DNA of 60,131 nucleotides, taken from a virus. The stretch lies in the IMG/VR virus record IMGVR_UViG_3300030058_000001; one strand, 5' to 3'. The notes under the pieces are model-generated. The model saw nothing but the letters and a program-made list of their open reading frames with translations, searched no databases and had not been told where the DNA came from. How positions within the stretch are numbered: position 1 is the first letter of the stretch; the number at the start of each line of letters is the position of its first letter. This document shows, piece after piece, positions 1 through 8,860 of this stretch. Position numbers and translations under genes: made by a program.

Positions 1-127
1 AGAACCGCACCTGGGGGACCCCGTACCGCGGCCTCCTGGCGATTCACGCTGGGGCACAGGTGGATGCCGACATCTGCGGAACGCTTCTGCTGAACCCGCA
101 TAGACTGAGACGCTCTGCCATTATTGG
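1..127. repeat. Terminal direct repeat, copy 1 (identical to 60005..60131). Overlap of a circular assembly.
   Basis: Compared by eye: 1-127 (agaaccgcacctggggg...ctctgccattattgg) recurs exactly at 60005-60131. Confidence 0.95.
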
Positions 128-323
128 GACGGTCGAACTCACGGGCTGCATCCGCACGTCCACTTCGATGTGGGCCGACCCTGGCCACTACCACTGGTTG
201 CTGCGCAACCCCCGCCGTCTTGAACATCCCATCAGTCGAAGAGGCGCGCAAGGTCTCTACGCCGTCTCCCTCTTGCTGCCAGCTACGCCGCCAGAAACTC
301 CTGAGCTTCCGCTCTTTCCATAG
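1..323 (+). CDS. ASCH-domain protein, C-terminal part. The gene is cut by the linearisation point; the N-terminal part is 59920..60131 and bases 1-127 are duplicated.
   Basis: The frame of ORF 60..323 stays open back across the junction. The joined product reads ...HWAEAIFALGKDVENRTWGTPYRGLLAIHAG..., an ASCH/PUA-like signature. Confidence 0.55.
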   Translation, partial: NRTWGTPYRGLLAIHAGAQVDADICGTLLLNPHRLRRSAIIGTVELTGCIRTSTSMWADPGHYHWLLRNPRRLEHPISRRGAQGLYAVSLLLPATPPETPELPLFP

Positions 324-1416
324 GCGCGCCAACATACTCGAAAGTGGCGCAGGGGCGCCCCCCGAAGCCTGGCGCGTGCTCCTTATCTGCGCTCTGCAAC
401 GTCGAGCTTCTCCCCTCGCGTGGGCTGTATGTCCCGGCTCGTTTCTCTAGTGACCAGTGCTGGGGCCACTTGCCGAACGCACGAATCAGCGCCGGGTGCG
501 CCGGGTAGGTCCGGAAGCGAAATCCAGCCGAGCGATAGGCAGCGCCGAGCTTCTCAGCAAGAATCATCGCCAGCCCCAGTCCCTGCCAATCAGGCAGCGT
601 TACGAGACGCGAGAGCCCCTTGATGTTCTTTACTTTTGGGTGTGGTCGATGCAGAACGCCGGCGAACGCGGCAGGCTGCCCGTTGGCGTAAAGGCAATAG
701 CAGACTGCAGCGTGATTCAGATCCGCCGTCAAATAGTGAAACGGCGCGAAGAGGGCCCAGTATTCGTATCGGACGCGACGAATCTCAATGTCAATGGGTG
801 GCCGTCGTTGAAGTGACCTCCGCGCAAAGTGCATGGTCGCTGGCTCCAGCACCCAATCGGGCTGCAACCAATCGAGGATGTCATAGTGACACGACGCCGC
901 CACGAACCGCGGCTTGCCACGCTTACGCACATACTTCTGAACGGCATGCGCGCCGATCTGCGCCACCTGGCGATCGACCACCGAGGTGAACTCATCCATG
1001 GCTATCAGCGCCTCGCTTGTCAGCAGACGCCGCGCCAGTTCCACGCGAAACTTCTCGCCGTTCGATAAGACCGCGTATGGTCGCATCCACGCCGGGATCG
1101 TGTTGAAGCCGACCGACTGACATATCTCCGAAATGTCCTGCATGGAGTGCGCAGGGTCGAAGTCATCCACGACGCTCTTGGCCTTCCAGGTGAGCTGCAC
1201 AGGCGCTGCGAACAGCCGCGAGAGAATGGACGACTTACCGCAGCCCGAGGGACCGACGATGAGTCCGACGTTCCAGTCGAACGTCTCAACGGGACAGTCG
1301 CCTTTGAACGCGATGCGCGCTCGCTCCGCGGCCGGCACGTCAAACATTGCTTCTAGTTGCTTCACGCGAACGGTGCGGTCGATCTGAGATTCGACTACGA
1401 AATCAATAGCTGGCAT
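283..1416 (-). CDS. ABC-type ATPase fused to a GNAT-like C-terminal domain
   Basis: Walker A GPSGCGKSS, signature-like LSNGEKFR, Walker B LIAMDEFTS. The C-terminal ~150 aa carry a GNAT motif-A-like DWQGLGLAMILAEKL. Confidence 0.6.
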   Translation of the reverse strand: MPAIDFVVESQIDRTVRVKQLEAMFDVPAAERARIAFKGDCPVETFDWNVGLIVGPSGCGKSSILSRLFAAPVQLTWKAKSVVDDFDPAHSMQDISEICQSVGFNTIPAWMRPYAVLSNGEKFRVELARRLLTSEALIAMDEFTSVVDRQVAQIGAHAVQKYVRKRGKPRFVAASCHYDILDWLQPDWVLEPATMHFARRSLQRRPPIDIEIRRVRYEYWALFAPFHYLTADLNHAAVCYCLYANGQPAAFAGVLHRPHPKVKNIKGLSRLVTLPDWQGLGLAMILAEKLGAAYRSAGFRFRTYPAHPALIRAFGKWPQHWSLEKRAGTYSPREGRSSTLQSADKEHAPGFGGRPCATFEYVGAPMERAEAQEFLAA

Positions 1417-2021
1417 TTCAACCCCTGGGCCTCAAGCTGTTGCATGATCGTGGCCTGATGCTTCTCCCCATCGCATTCGACAATGACGCGATAGGATAGC
1501 CCTTGCTCCTGCGTCATCCCCTGCAGCGGGCTGGCCTCGCCGAATAGCTTGCTCAGCTCGTCGCTTGTCCAGAACTGGGCAAGGTCTACTTCGCCGGCCA
1601 TGTCCTTGAGAATCTCGGCATCCCATTCCAGTGAGACCTCGCCGGTCCTGTTGTCCGCGATCGCCAGCGCCTTCGCCGCGTCGTCCACATCCAGGTCCAG
1701 ATCCATGCGCTGCACGGCGACCAGTTGCTTGCCGCGCGTCTTCACCACCAGCACGTCGGCGAAACCCGCCTTACCCGCCTGCATCGCCGTCTTGTTCCCG
1801 GCAATAACCCGCCCGTGCTTGTCGAGGAGAATGGAACGACCGGCGCCATAGTCGCGCAGTGATGACGCGACCAGCTCGCCCCCGCGCTTGGTGCCCCGGT
1901 TGGCGTTCCGCTTGTCTGGGATCAGGTCGGTGAGTTGCAGAGTCCCGACAACTGGGACCGCTCTCGCCGACTGCTTTCTCTTTGCGACAGCCTTACTGAT
2001 TGACCTTGAAGCGACCGGCAT
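1395..2021 (-). CDS. ParB N-terminal (ParB/Srx) domain protein
   Basis: DKRNANRGTKRGGELVASSLRDYGAGRSILLDKHGRVIAGNKT is ParB-N-like. Start moved to the internal ATG at 2021 (AAGGA upstream); the longer ORF to 2363 has an implausible N-terminus. Confidence 0.6.
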   Translation of the reverse strand: MPVASRSISKAVAKRKQSARAVPVVGTLQLTDLIPDKRNANRGTKRGGELVASSLRDYGAGRSILLDKHGRVIAGNKTAMQAGKAGFADVLVVKTRGKQLVAVQRMDLDLDVDDAAKALAIADNRTGEVSLEWDAEILKDMAGEVDLAQFWTSDELSKLFGEASPLQGMTQEQGLSYRVIVECDGEKHQATIMQQLEAQGLKCQLLIS

Positions 2022-2230
2022 TTTCCTTGACCAACTCTCGGGGAAGAAACAAAGTTGTAAACCTGCGAAAGTTTGCGGATGGCTTGCAGTGCGGTACAGG
2101 GTCGGGCATTGTAGAGATTTGACCCCCCCTCCCCCCTTGCATGGGCGCAGGGTCTCCGCTGGGCCTACTTGTGGCCCCGTCCGTGTGCCCAGAGGCTCAG
2201 TGGCGAGGTCAACGAGGATTGCTGGTGCGC

Positions 2231-2527
2231 TTAGGCGAGCGAGGACATGAACTCGTCGTTTAGGTGATCGAAGATGGTAGCGTTCGGAACGTGCGCAACG
2301 AACAGGCCGTGCTTCGCAGTGATTGTCACCTTTAGGCTTGCAGTGGCGTCGTAGTAGGCCCACGCGAAGTCAACGCCCTGCACTTCACACGAGCCGGTGT
2401 CACCGCTGCTTACAAGCTTGGTGACCTTCGAGTTTGTGCCCAACGTCGCGACCAGCTTTTTATACTCCTCCGCTGGGATAGGTGAGAACGTTGCGCCGGT
2501 GGGGTCGTACTGCAGAAGCGGCGGCAT
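2231..2527 (-). CDS. hypothetical protein
   Basis: 98-aa ORF abutting the stop of the upstream gene, co-oriented with its neighbours. Confidence 0.5.
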   Translation of the reverse strand: MPPLLQYDPTGATFSPIPAEEYKKLVATLGTNSKVTKLVSSGDTGSCEVQGVDFAWAYYDATASLKVTITAKHGLFVAHVPNATIFDHLNDEFMSSLA

Positions 2528-3055
2528 CTATAGCACCGCCTGACTGTTGAGGATGGCAACCACAGCTTGCACCTTGGCCGCCAGTTCGGCGCTGTCAATT
2601 GTGATGTGCTCAGACGCGAGCAGGGAGACAACAGCAGGCTCGACAAGCTGTATCTCGTCTGCCAGCATCTGTGCTGGTGTCAGTCCAGTAGGCAACGCCG
2701 AGGCCTTTGCCTTAACCTCAAGCACCGCGTTCTGGATCAAGCCTACAGCGGTGACCACCGCAGTGGCGCCAGGCGCGGCCGCAGGGAACAAGATGCCAGC
2801 CAACGATGCCAGCGGCAGCGCGTACTTCTGCGCGAACACCAGACCCTTTTCCGCATCCTTGCCAGCCTGTTCAAGAACGGAGATGAACTTCTTTTCGCCA
2901 CCTTCGATCTTCTGTAACAGTGTTTCGGTAGTCATCGTGACGTTTACTCCCGGAGTTGGGACGACATTCACTGTCGACGCATTATGTTGGTGATGAAAGA
3001 ACTCCATGTTGTGCGCCGTCCTTTTCATCAGAGGCGCATGCCATGACACACACAC
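2528..3055 (-). CDS. hypothetical protein with a hydrophobic central segment. Start uncertain (alternatives 3007, 2935).
   Basis: ORF track. Segment LPLASLAGILFPAAAPGATAVVTAVGLI. Several in-frame ATGs. Confidence 0.45.
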   Translation of the reverse strand: MCVSWHAPLMKRTAHNMEFFHHQHNASTVNVVPTPGVNVTMTTETLLQKIEGGEKKFISVLEQAGKDAEKGLVFAQKYALPLASLAGILFPAAAPGATAVVTAVGLIQNAVLEVKAKASALPTGLTPAQMLADEIQLVEPAVVSLLASEHITIDSAELAAKVQAVVAILNSQAVL

Positions 3056-3079
3056 GCCCCTGGATTGCCTCGAATGCTT

Positions 3080-3409
3080 TTAGGCGCCGACAGGAATAAT
3101 AGGCGCGGCGGGCGGTGGAGGAGGAACGGGTGACGACGCGACAGGAATCGCAGCCGCAAGCTGACTGTTTAGTCCGCTTAGATTAGACGCGATGGTGGTG
3201 AGTGCAGAAATCGGGCCGCTGAGATCAACATCTGGTGAGCCTGCTGCCAGAGCAGCTTCCGCTGTCTGGAAGTCAGAGATGACTTCTTGCACTTCGGTTG
3301 TCAACGTGCTGATGCCGTTCTGGATCACTGTTACTGCTGCGTTTAGATCGTCGATTTGTCCCATGATGCGATTTAGATCCTTTCGGTGTAAGAGAACGAC
3401 AAGTTCCAT
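3080..3409 (-). CDS. hypothetical coiled-coil protein with a proline-rich tail. Start 3409 or 3364.
   Basis: ORF track. C-terminal PVPPPPPAAPIIP. Confidence 0.45.
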   Translation of the reverse strand: MELVVLLHRKDLNRIMGQIDDLNAAVTVIQNGISTLTTEVQEVISDFQTAEAALAAGSPDVDLSGPISALTTIASNLSGLNSQLAAAIPVASSPVPPPPPAAPIIPVGA

Positions 3410-3412
3410 GAT

Positions 3413-3898
3413 TTAGAACTTTCTGTGAAGCGTGGATACTGATTCACGCATTGTTTTTGCGCTGTGGCACTCGTTGCAGCGCGTTCGATAGTTGTCAAGA
3501 TCGAGCCGGGACTCTGGCCGGTCCTGTATAGGAATCTGGTGATCGCCATGCAGATGACGCTCACCGCGGGTCCATCTAATCCGCAGTTCCTCGAGAATGA
3601 CTTCGCGCGCCGGCTCTCCAAGACCGTAAAGCCTGAAGTCGCGTACAGTGTCTGGTTCCCAGCCGCAATCAACGCAGCGCCACCCGTCTCTAAGAAAGGC
3701 AAGAATGCGAAGCCTGTTGTGATCGGCGTCGTAACCGCGCCTTGACGGTGACTGTCTACGTTCGTCCTGCTGCTGCTGGTAAAGCTTTTGACATCCTGGA
3801 CATCGTGATCCGTGCTCCGTCGTTTCAGCGCAACCAGGCGTGGAACAGGGCCGCTTTGGAATGCGCCGCGGAAGAAGCTGCTTTAGAACGTCCCGCAT
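3413..3898 (-). CDS. HNH endonuclease
   Basis: CSTPGC...CPGC, then HLHGDHQIPI...NYRTRCNECHSAKT (HNH/zinc motif). Confidence 0.8.
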   Translation of the reverse strand: MRDVLKQLLPRRIPKRPCSTPGCAETTEHGSRCPGCQKLYQQQQDERRQSPSRRGYDADHNRLRILAFLRDGWRCVDCGWEPDTVRDFRLYGLGEPAREVILEELRIRWTRGERHLHGDHQIPIQDRPESRLDLDNYRTRCNECHSAKTMRESVSTLHRKF

Positions 3899-4434
3899 TT
3901 AACGAACTGCTCTGCTGTCCAAGCGTTGCGTGCCGCAGACACAGCGGCCCGGTGACACTGCATCGCAGCTACCGGCCACCTCAGTGAATTGACCGCGTTG
4001 CAGAAGTCTGGAAAGTCTTTCCGCAGGCGATTGATGCCCATATTGAATTGCATATCCAGCAAACCGACCTTTGCCGAATCGGGAAATCCAGGAAATAACG
4101 GGAATAGCTTTGTGAGCTCTTCTGCGTATTCGGTGACGGTGAACCGAAGAGTCTGAGTGATCGCGATGTCGTCCAATAGCAGTGACGACATGCGACGATA
4201 AGCGCTGGCCACCAGACCAGGCTTCATGAGCTTTACGAGCGCGTACTCAGCGATGATCTCAGGGGTTTCCGCAAGCTCGGCGGTCTGCCGACGAAACGGA
4301 AATTTGATTGCTGCCTCGGGGCTGGCAAGTTCCTCGCCGACGCCAACGGTGACGTTTCCCTCCGTGTCCAGATACATCCAGTGGACACGCCCTTCAAACC
4401 CGGCAATTGCAGTGACGGCAGTATCGATATACAT
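3883..4434 (-). CDS. endolysin, T4-lysozyme-like (GH24)
   Basis: IAGFEGRVHWMYLDTEGNVTVGVGEEL fits the E-x8-D-x5-T GH24 catalytic pattern. Start set to ATG 4434, 20 nt after the upstream stop. Confidence 0.65.
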   Translation of the reverse strand: MYIDTAVTAIAGFEGRVHWMYLDTEGNVTVGVGEELASPEAAIKFPFRRQTAELAETPEIIAEYALVKLMKPGLVASAYRRMSSLLLDDIAITQTLRFTVTEYAEELTKLFPLFPGFPDSAKVGLLDMQFNMGINRLRKDFPDFCNAVNSLRWPVAAMQCHRAAVSAARNAWTAEQFVKCGTF

Positions 4435-4454
4435 TTTTGCAGGATTGCTCTCTT

Positions 4455-5015
4455 CTACTCGCCGACCCGCCTTCTGCGCGACGAAGCAGTTCGGGTGTTT
4501 TGCCTGCGTCTGTCCAGGTGAAAAAACAAAACAATCCCCTGTGACATCGTAAAGAGAGTCCCGAGCACCCAACCTATGCTAGTCACTCTCGCATCGTTAA
4601 CGTTCAGCCTGTCGCTAAGCAGGTTGTAGTGATTCACCTCCACCGTAGCGATTGCCGCAATCTGGTCATGAATCGTGTGGCGATCATCGATCGACGTCGA
4701 GTTCTGCTGGGTAAGCTGATCCAGCTTGACACCGTCGATAGCTAGCGTCGTCTCTGTGCTTGGGCCGCCAACCACCACGGTGCGAGTTTCAGGCGGCGCT
4801 ACGGCCTGCATGAACAGGCTTGTATTCACCTTTAGGTGCTTACGCGGCTCCATCAGAAACGACGCGCCTACTGCGGATCCAGCTGCCCCGCTGCACAGTA
4901 CCAGGGACGTCACCATTAGCCCAAGCTTCACGCGATCCACAACCCTACTCTCACGAAGCATCCGCCAGATGACCAGATGCCGACGCGTCATGTAACTCGC
5001 AAGTGCTTTGTACAT
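4455..5015 (-). CDS. membrane protein next to the endolysin (holin or spanin candidate)
   Basis: N-terminal hydrophobic LGLMVTSLVLCSGAAGSAVGA and C-terminal IGWVLGTLFTMSQGIVLFF. Position upstream of the endolysin. Confidence 0.45.
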   Translation of the reverse strand: MYKALASYMTRRHLVIWRMLRESRVVDRVKLGLMVTSLVLCSGAAGSAVGASFLMEPRKHLKVNTSLFMQAVAPPETRTVVVGGPSTETTLAIDGVKLDQLTQQNSTSIDDRHTIHDQIAAIATVEVNHYNLLSDRLNVNDARVTSIGWVLGTLFTMSQGIVLFFHLDRRRQNTRTASSRRRRVGE

Positions 5016-5420
5016 TCACGCCTGCGCGACCAGGCGCCGTCTGCGAGGAATTAACGGACAGTGATCACCGATCTTCACCGTCCCAATCTTTGGCCACGCA
5101 CGCACCTTTCGGCGCGCCCAGAAACCCTCCTGAATACCAGCTTCACCGGCATTTTCACGACTCAGATTCGCCGGCAAGCTGCAGGGGCTGATGTGTGGAA
5201 TAAGCGTCTCCTTTGACGCCTCAGATGGATGCAGTAATCGAAATCGATGCGTCTTCGACCGCACTGGCGTCAGACGCTCCACGATGCCGCGTTCGATATA
5301 GTCATCCATCTCTGAATAGGAAACGTGAGCGATTTCCACGTCGTCTATATCGCACAGCACGGCCCGCTTTGACATCCAACCTTCCGTTTTCTGGGTGAGC
5401 GAATCCCGCCGCTCCGTCAC
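5016..5420 (-). CDS. hypothetical protein, first gene of the leftward block
   Basis: 134-aa ORF abutting 4455..5015. Confidence 0.45.
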   Translation of the reverse strand: MTERRDSLTQKTEGWMSKRAVLCDIDDVEIAHVSYSEMDDYIERGIVERLTPVRSKTHRFRLLHPSEASKETLIPHISPCSLPANLSRENAGEAGIQEGFWARRKVRAWPKIGTVKIGDHCPLIPRRRRLVAQA

Positions 5421-5757
5421 CCGTTCGCCGATGAATGCAGCCTGTGGAAATCGCCGCGCGGTATGAAGGATCCTGCACGATGCGCTAGGTCCGTTAGTTG
5501 AGACTATACAACGGTTTACCGGATGCGCGTTTATTACTTACACCGCAAACTTGTACATAGCGGATCGTCATGTTAGTGTCTCTTTCACCGATGACGCGCA
5601 ACACCGCGTCTTCATTGGCTACAACGCATGTTATGTGAGCTATAGCTAGATGGCCGCAGTTAGTCGGAGACAGCTCCAGACTGCATAAGTTAGTGAAATG
5701 TGGCGTTGGCAGCAGGGATGACGTCAGAGCGGAAAAAGGTGACAGCAGAGGAACTAT

Positions 5758-5994
5758 ATGGATGAAGCAACCGGAAGCGTTGATTTGAGTGGCATCCCGT
5801 CGTCGGCCCTAGCCTCTGAGTTGAGTCGTAGGGCGTGGAGGCAGGGACGGCCGGCGCGTCGCGTGTTCAAGCCTTGCAAGTTTTGCACCCTGCCGTTCGG
5901 CACGCGCGACATGCGCCGCCACCTGCAGATCTGTATTCAGAATCCACGTCGTAGCAGCCTGCGCAAAGGATCGGAACAAGCCAATGGACAGTGA
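5758..5994 (+). CDS. small C2HC zinc-finger protein, first gene of the rightward early block
   Basis: PCKFCTLPFGTRDMRRHLQIC. The same finger type occurs in 29535..30335. Confidence 0.55.
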   Translation: MDEATGSVDLSGIPSSALASELSRRAWRQGRPARRVFKPCKFCTLPFGTRDMRRHLQICIQNPRRSSLRKGSEQANGQ

Positions 5995-7180
5995 GAACGG
6001 AAACGTAGCCCTCCAGATGCCAGGAGAGGCAAACATCGCCAGCAGTACAGCACGTGTGCAGGCCGAGACCCAGGCCGCCATCATGGTTGCTCAGCGATTC
6101 AAGCGTAGCGAATCACAGGCTCGCCAAGATTTGCTGAACGCAGTCAAGGCCTCGCCGCGGCTGGCCGAGAAGGCAACCTACAGCTTTCCACGTGGCAAGA
6201 AGCAGGATCCGGTCACAAAGGAATGGGTTGAAAACATTGTGACGGGACCGTCGACATACATCGCACGCGAGGGCGCTCGCGTCTGGGGCAACCTGGTTTA
6301 CGGCACTGAGGTGATTCGTGAGACCGACACCGACCGCCAGATACGCAGCTTCGCATGGGACATGCAAACGAACATGCGATGCCTCGCGGAAGCAACTTTC
6401 AAGAAGCTAATTCAGCGGACCAAGTGGACCAACGTCAACGGGAAGCGCGAGAAGAGCACGGAGTGGATTGAGCCCGATGAGCGCGAGATGCGCGAGCTGA
6501 GCAACAAATACGCATCCATCGGCGAGCGCAACTGCATCCTGAAAGTAATTCCGTCGCACCTGGTCGACGAGGTTCTAGAGGTTGCACGTCAGGTCACCAA
6601 GGAGGAAGCAAGCAAGCATCCCGAAGCGGTCCGCGCAAAGCTGGCCGATGCCTTTCTCACTGTCGGCGTTAACGTTGCAATGCTCGAGGACTACCTTGGC
6701 CATCCGCTCAAGGACACAACCCCGGATCAGATTGCCACGCTGCGCGGCATCTTCACCGGCATCCGTGAAGGCAACTCTGTTTGGGACGACTACCGCGTAT
6801 CGACCACGCTTCCGACTGAAGAGGAGGTTCCACAACTTCCTCAACTCCGCGAGTTGGCGAAGAAGCTGAAGTGGAACGACGCCAAACTGTCAAGCGAGAT
6901 CGGCCGCAACATTTCTGACATCGCACGGTTAGTGGTCATCATGTCCGAGCTGGCCGTTAAGGCCGCCGCCGCAACACCGGCAAAGACTGAGACAAAACCC
7001 GCCACGGCTGACACGCAATCCTCCCAGGGTGAGACGAAGGCGCCGGCCGCAGAGACGAAGCCGGCAACAGAAGAGACGGCGGCAAAGCCGAAGACACCGA
7101 CAGGTGAGGTCATTCCGCCCAAAGGCAAGCGCACGACGTCACCAGCCCAAGGCAAGCTCGGCGACGCCCAGGACTTCTAG
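5984..7180 (+). CDS. putative single-strand annealing / recombination protein with a low-complexity Pro/Thr/Lys/Ala-rich tail
   Basis: Sits upstream of a Cas4-like exonuclease. Central region YSFPRGKK...VTGPSTYIAREGARVWGNLVYG...ERNCILKVIP recalls RecT/Red-beta-type annealing proteins, but the family is not certain. Confidence 0.4.
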   Translation: MDSENGNVALQMPGEANIASSTARVQAETQAAIMVAQRFKRSESQARQDLLNAVKASPRLAEKATYSFPRGKKQDPVTKEWVENIVTGPSTYIAREGARVWGNLVYGTEVIRETDTDRQIRSFAWDMQTNMRCLAEATFKKLIQRTKWTNVNGKREKSTEWIEPDEREMRELSNKYASIGERNCILKVIPSHLVDEVLEVARQVTKEEASKHPEAVRAKLADAFLTVGVNVAMLEDYLGHPLKDTTPDQIATLRGIFTGIREGNSVWDDYRVSTTLPTEEEVPQLPQLRELAKKLKWNDAKLSSEIGRNISDIARLVVIMSELAVKAAAATPAKTETKPATADTQSSQGETKAPAAETKPATEETAAKPKTPTGEVIPPKGKRTTSPAQGKLGDAQDF

Positions 7181-7183
7181 CAA

Positions 7184-7627
7184 ATGGCTTACGACAAAAC
7201 AGAAGTTGGAGTTTCGAAGTCGCAGGATGCCATTCGAAAGCTGATCTATGGCCACCGCGGTACAGGTCTGATGCTGGTCTCTGAGCCGCCCCGTGAGGGC
7301 TTCGAGGCCAAGATCATGGTCGAGAATGTTCTGTTCCACATCCGCGTAATGGCAATCTGCAAGAACGTCACGAAAGACCGCAACGGCTACCTGCGCACGC
7401 AGAACGGCCTTGCGACAGCCATCGATCAAGAGAACCGCCGCGTGTGGCGCGTTCTGTACTGGCACCTAAAGGCCCTCTTCGAGGCAGCCGACTCAGGAGT
7501 CATCGACATCCGCACTGTCGTGATGCCTTACGTCGTTCTCAAAGATGGACGCACGTTGGCCGATCACGTCATTCCACGCATGCCGGATCTAATGACGATT
7601 ACAGACACCAGGAGACTGCTCGCATGA
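7184..7627 (+). CDS. hypothetical protein in the recombination module
   Basis: 147-aa ORF; its stop overlaps the next start (ATGA at 7624). Confidence 0.55.
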   Translation: MAYDKTEVGVSKSQDAIRKLIYGHRGTGLMLVSEPPREGFEAKIMVENVLFHIRVMAICKNVTKDRNGYLRTQNGLATAIDQENRRVWRVLYWHLKALFEAADSGVIDIRTVVMPYVVLKDGRTLADHVIPRMPDLMTITDTRRLLA

Positions 7628-8790
7628 ACACCATTGATTCACAGAAGGCCACGCTCATCAGCAGCACAACGCCTTTGACCATAGAGCAGGTCACCGTAGC
7701 GCCGAAGGCGGAGCCGCCACCACTTAGTCAGTCGATGTATGAGTCGATGGCGTGCCCAGCCTCCTACCAGGCGCAATACGTTGCAGGCATCCACTCACCG
7801 CCCAACGAGTACAGCTCCCTCGGACAAGAGGGGCATCACTGCATGTCGCTCTACGTGGCCCACCTCCGTGACACACAGCAGCAGGAAGATTGGAACTTCT
7901 TCAAAAGCTTGCTACCAACCTTCACAGAGGAAGCCCAGGAGATCTTGAACGGTTTCATAGGCTCCATGAAGTTTAATCCGAAGACGATCCTCACAACGGA
8001 GTTGCGCTTTTACGATCCAGACGCAGCCGGCACCCCGGACCTGGTGACGATGGAAACGATGGAAGACGCGACCATCTGGGATTACAAAAATTACTTCGAG
8101 ATGATCAATCCCGAAACCTTCCAAGCTAAGCTCTATCCACTTCTTCTCTTCCGTCACAATCTAAATCTGAAAACCGTTCGGTTCGTGCTTGTGTTCATGC
8201 GCTACGGCAGGACCCGCGATGTCGTGTGGACTCGAGATCAGGTGCCGCTGCTTGAGAAGGTGTTGAGTGATGCGAGAGCACGGCAACGCCAGATCCACCA
8301 GATTCAAGGCCTCGCGCAGGCAATCCCAGGGAAAGCGTGCGAGTATTGCCCACTGCTGCGGACCGCACGATGCCAGGTAAATGACTGGAATCCATATGCA
8401 ACAATGACGGGTCCAGAACGACTCCGATATGTGATCTATCTTCGTGCTGCGATAAAGTCAAGCAACGAGATCCTTCGCACCGCTGTTCGCTTTGCAAGCA
8501 TTCAGACGGAGGACGGCAACGGCAAGTTATACGAGGCCCGCTTCGTGCCGGGAGAGAAGCGCACCCTGCCGCTGATGCCCACGCTCAAAGTGATCGAGCA
8601 ACACGCGGATGAATCGGGCGAGGATCTAACCCCGAAGCTGAATGTCTCCAAGACTTCACTCGCAAGCCTGCGCAGCGCAAAGAAGCGGGTGCTCCTTGAC
8701 CAGGCGCTGACAGACATCGAGACCGTGAAGGAGATCACCAGCTTCAAAATAAGCAGAATTAACCCCGAACATCCCGATGAAGAACCATGA
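7624..8790 (+). CDS. PD-(D/E)XK exonuclease, Cas4/RecB-like with a Cys cluster
   Basis: N-terminal Cys (MACPASYQAQY), GTPDLVTME...TIWDYKN (D...D/E-x-K) and C-terminal CEYCPLLRTARC. Start set to ATG 7624 with GGAG upstream. Confidence 0.7.
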   Translation: MNTIDSQKATLISSTTPLTIEQVTVAPKAEPPPLSQSMYESMACPASYQAQYVAGIHSPPNEYSSLGQEGHHCMSLYVAHLRDTQQQEDWNFFKSLLPTFTEEAQEILNGFIGSMKFNPKTILTTELRFYDPDAAGTPDLVTMETMEDATIWDYKNYFEMINPETFQAKLYPLLLFRHNLNLKTVRFVLVFMRYGRTRDVVWTRDQVPLLEKVLSDARARQRQIHQIQGLAQAIPGKACEYCPLLRTARCQVNDWNPYATMTGPERLRYVIYLRAAIKSSNEILRTAVRFASIQTEDGNGKLYEARFVPGEKRTLPLMPTLKVIEQHADESGEDLTPKLNVSKTSLASLRSAKKRVLLDQALTDIETVKEITSFKISRINPEHPDEEP

Positions 8791-8860
8791 AGGCAGGGAG
8801 CACCAAACCTGCACGAGTGAACCATGATCCTGGAGAGCACCAAAGATTAGGAGTGAAGGA
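8779..8860 (+). repeat. Mini-array of five 18-19-nt units of the GAGCACCA / GAGTGAACCA motif family, in phase with the ATG at 8869
   Basis: Cores at 8779 (GAAGAACCA), 8796 (GGGAGCACCA), 8815 (GAGTGAACCA), 8832 (GGAGAGCACCA) and 8851 (GAGTGAAGGA). Confidence 0.7.

Noticed and set aside
1-127. Biological direct terminal repeat or cos ends of the virion DNA
   Set aside because: An intact gene spans the junction, and the repeat length equals a common maximum assembler k-mer (127). The parsimonious reading is an assembly overlap of a circular or permuted genome. This cannot be fully excluded without reads.
1395-2363. Full 322-aa ORF as the ParB-like gene
   Set aside because: The first 114 codons (MGLLRRHCKPKGDNHCEARP...) are Arg/Cys/Pro-rich and lie in what looks like the intergenic region. 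An internal ATG at 2021 with an AAGGA upstream starts right before the conserved domain.
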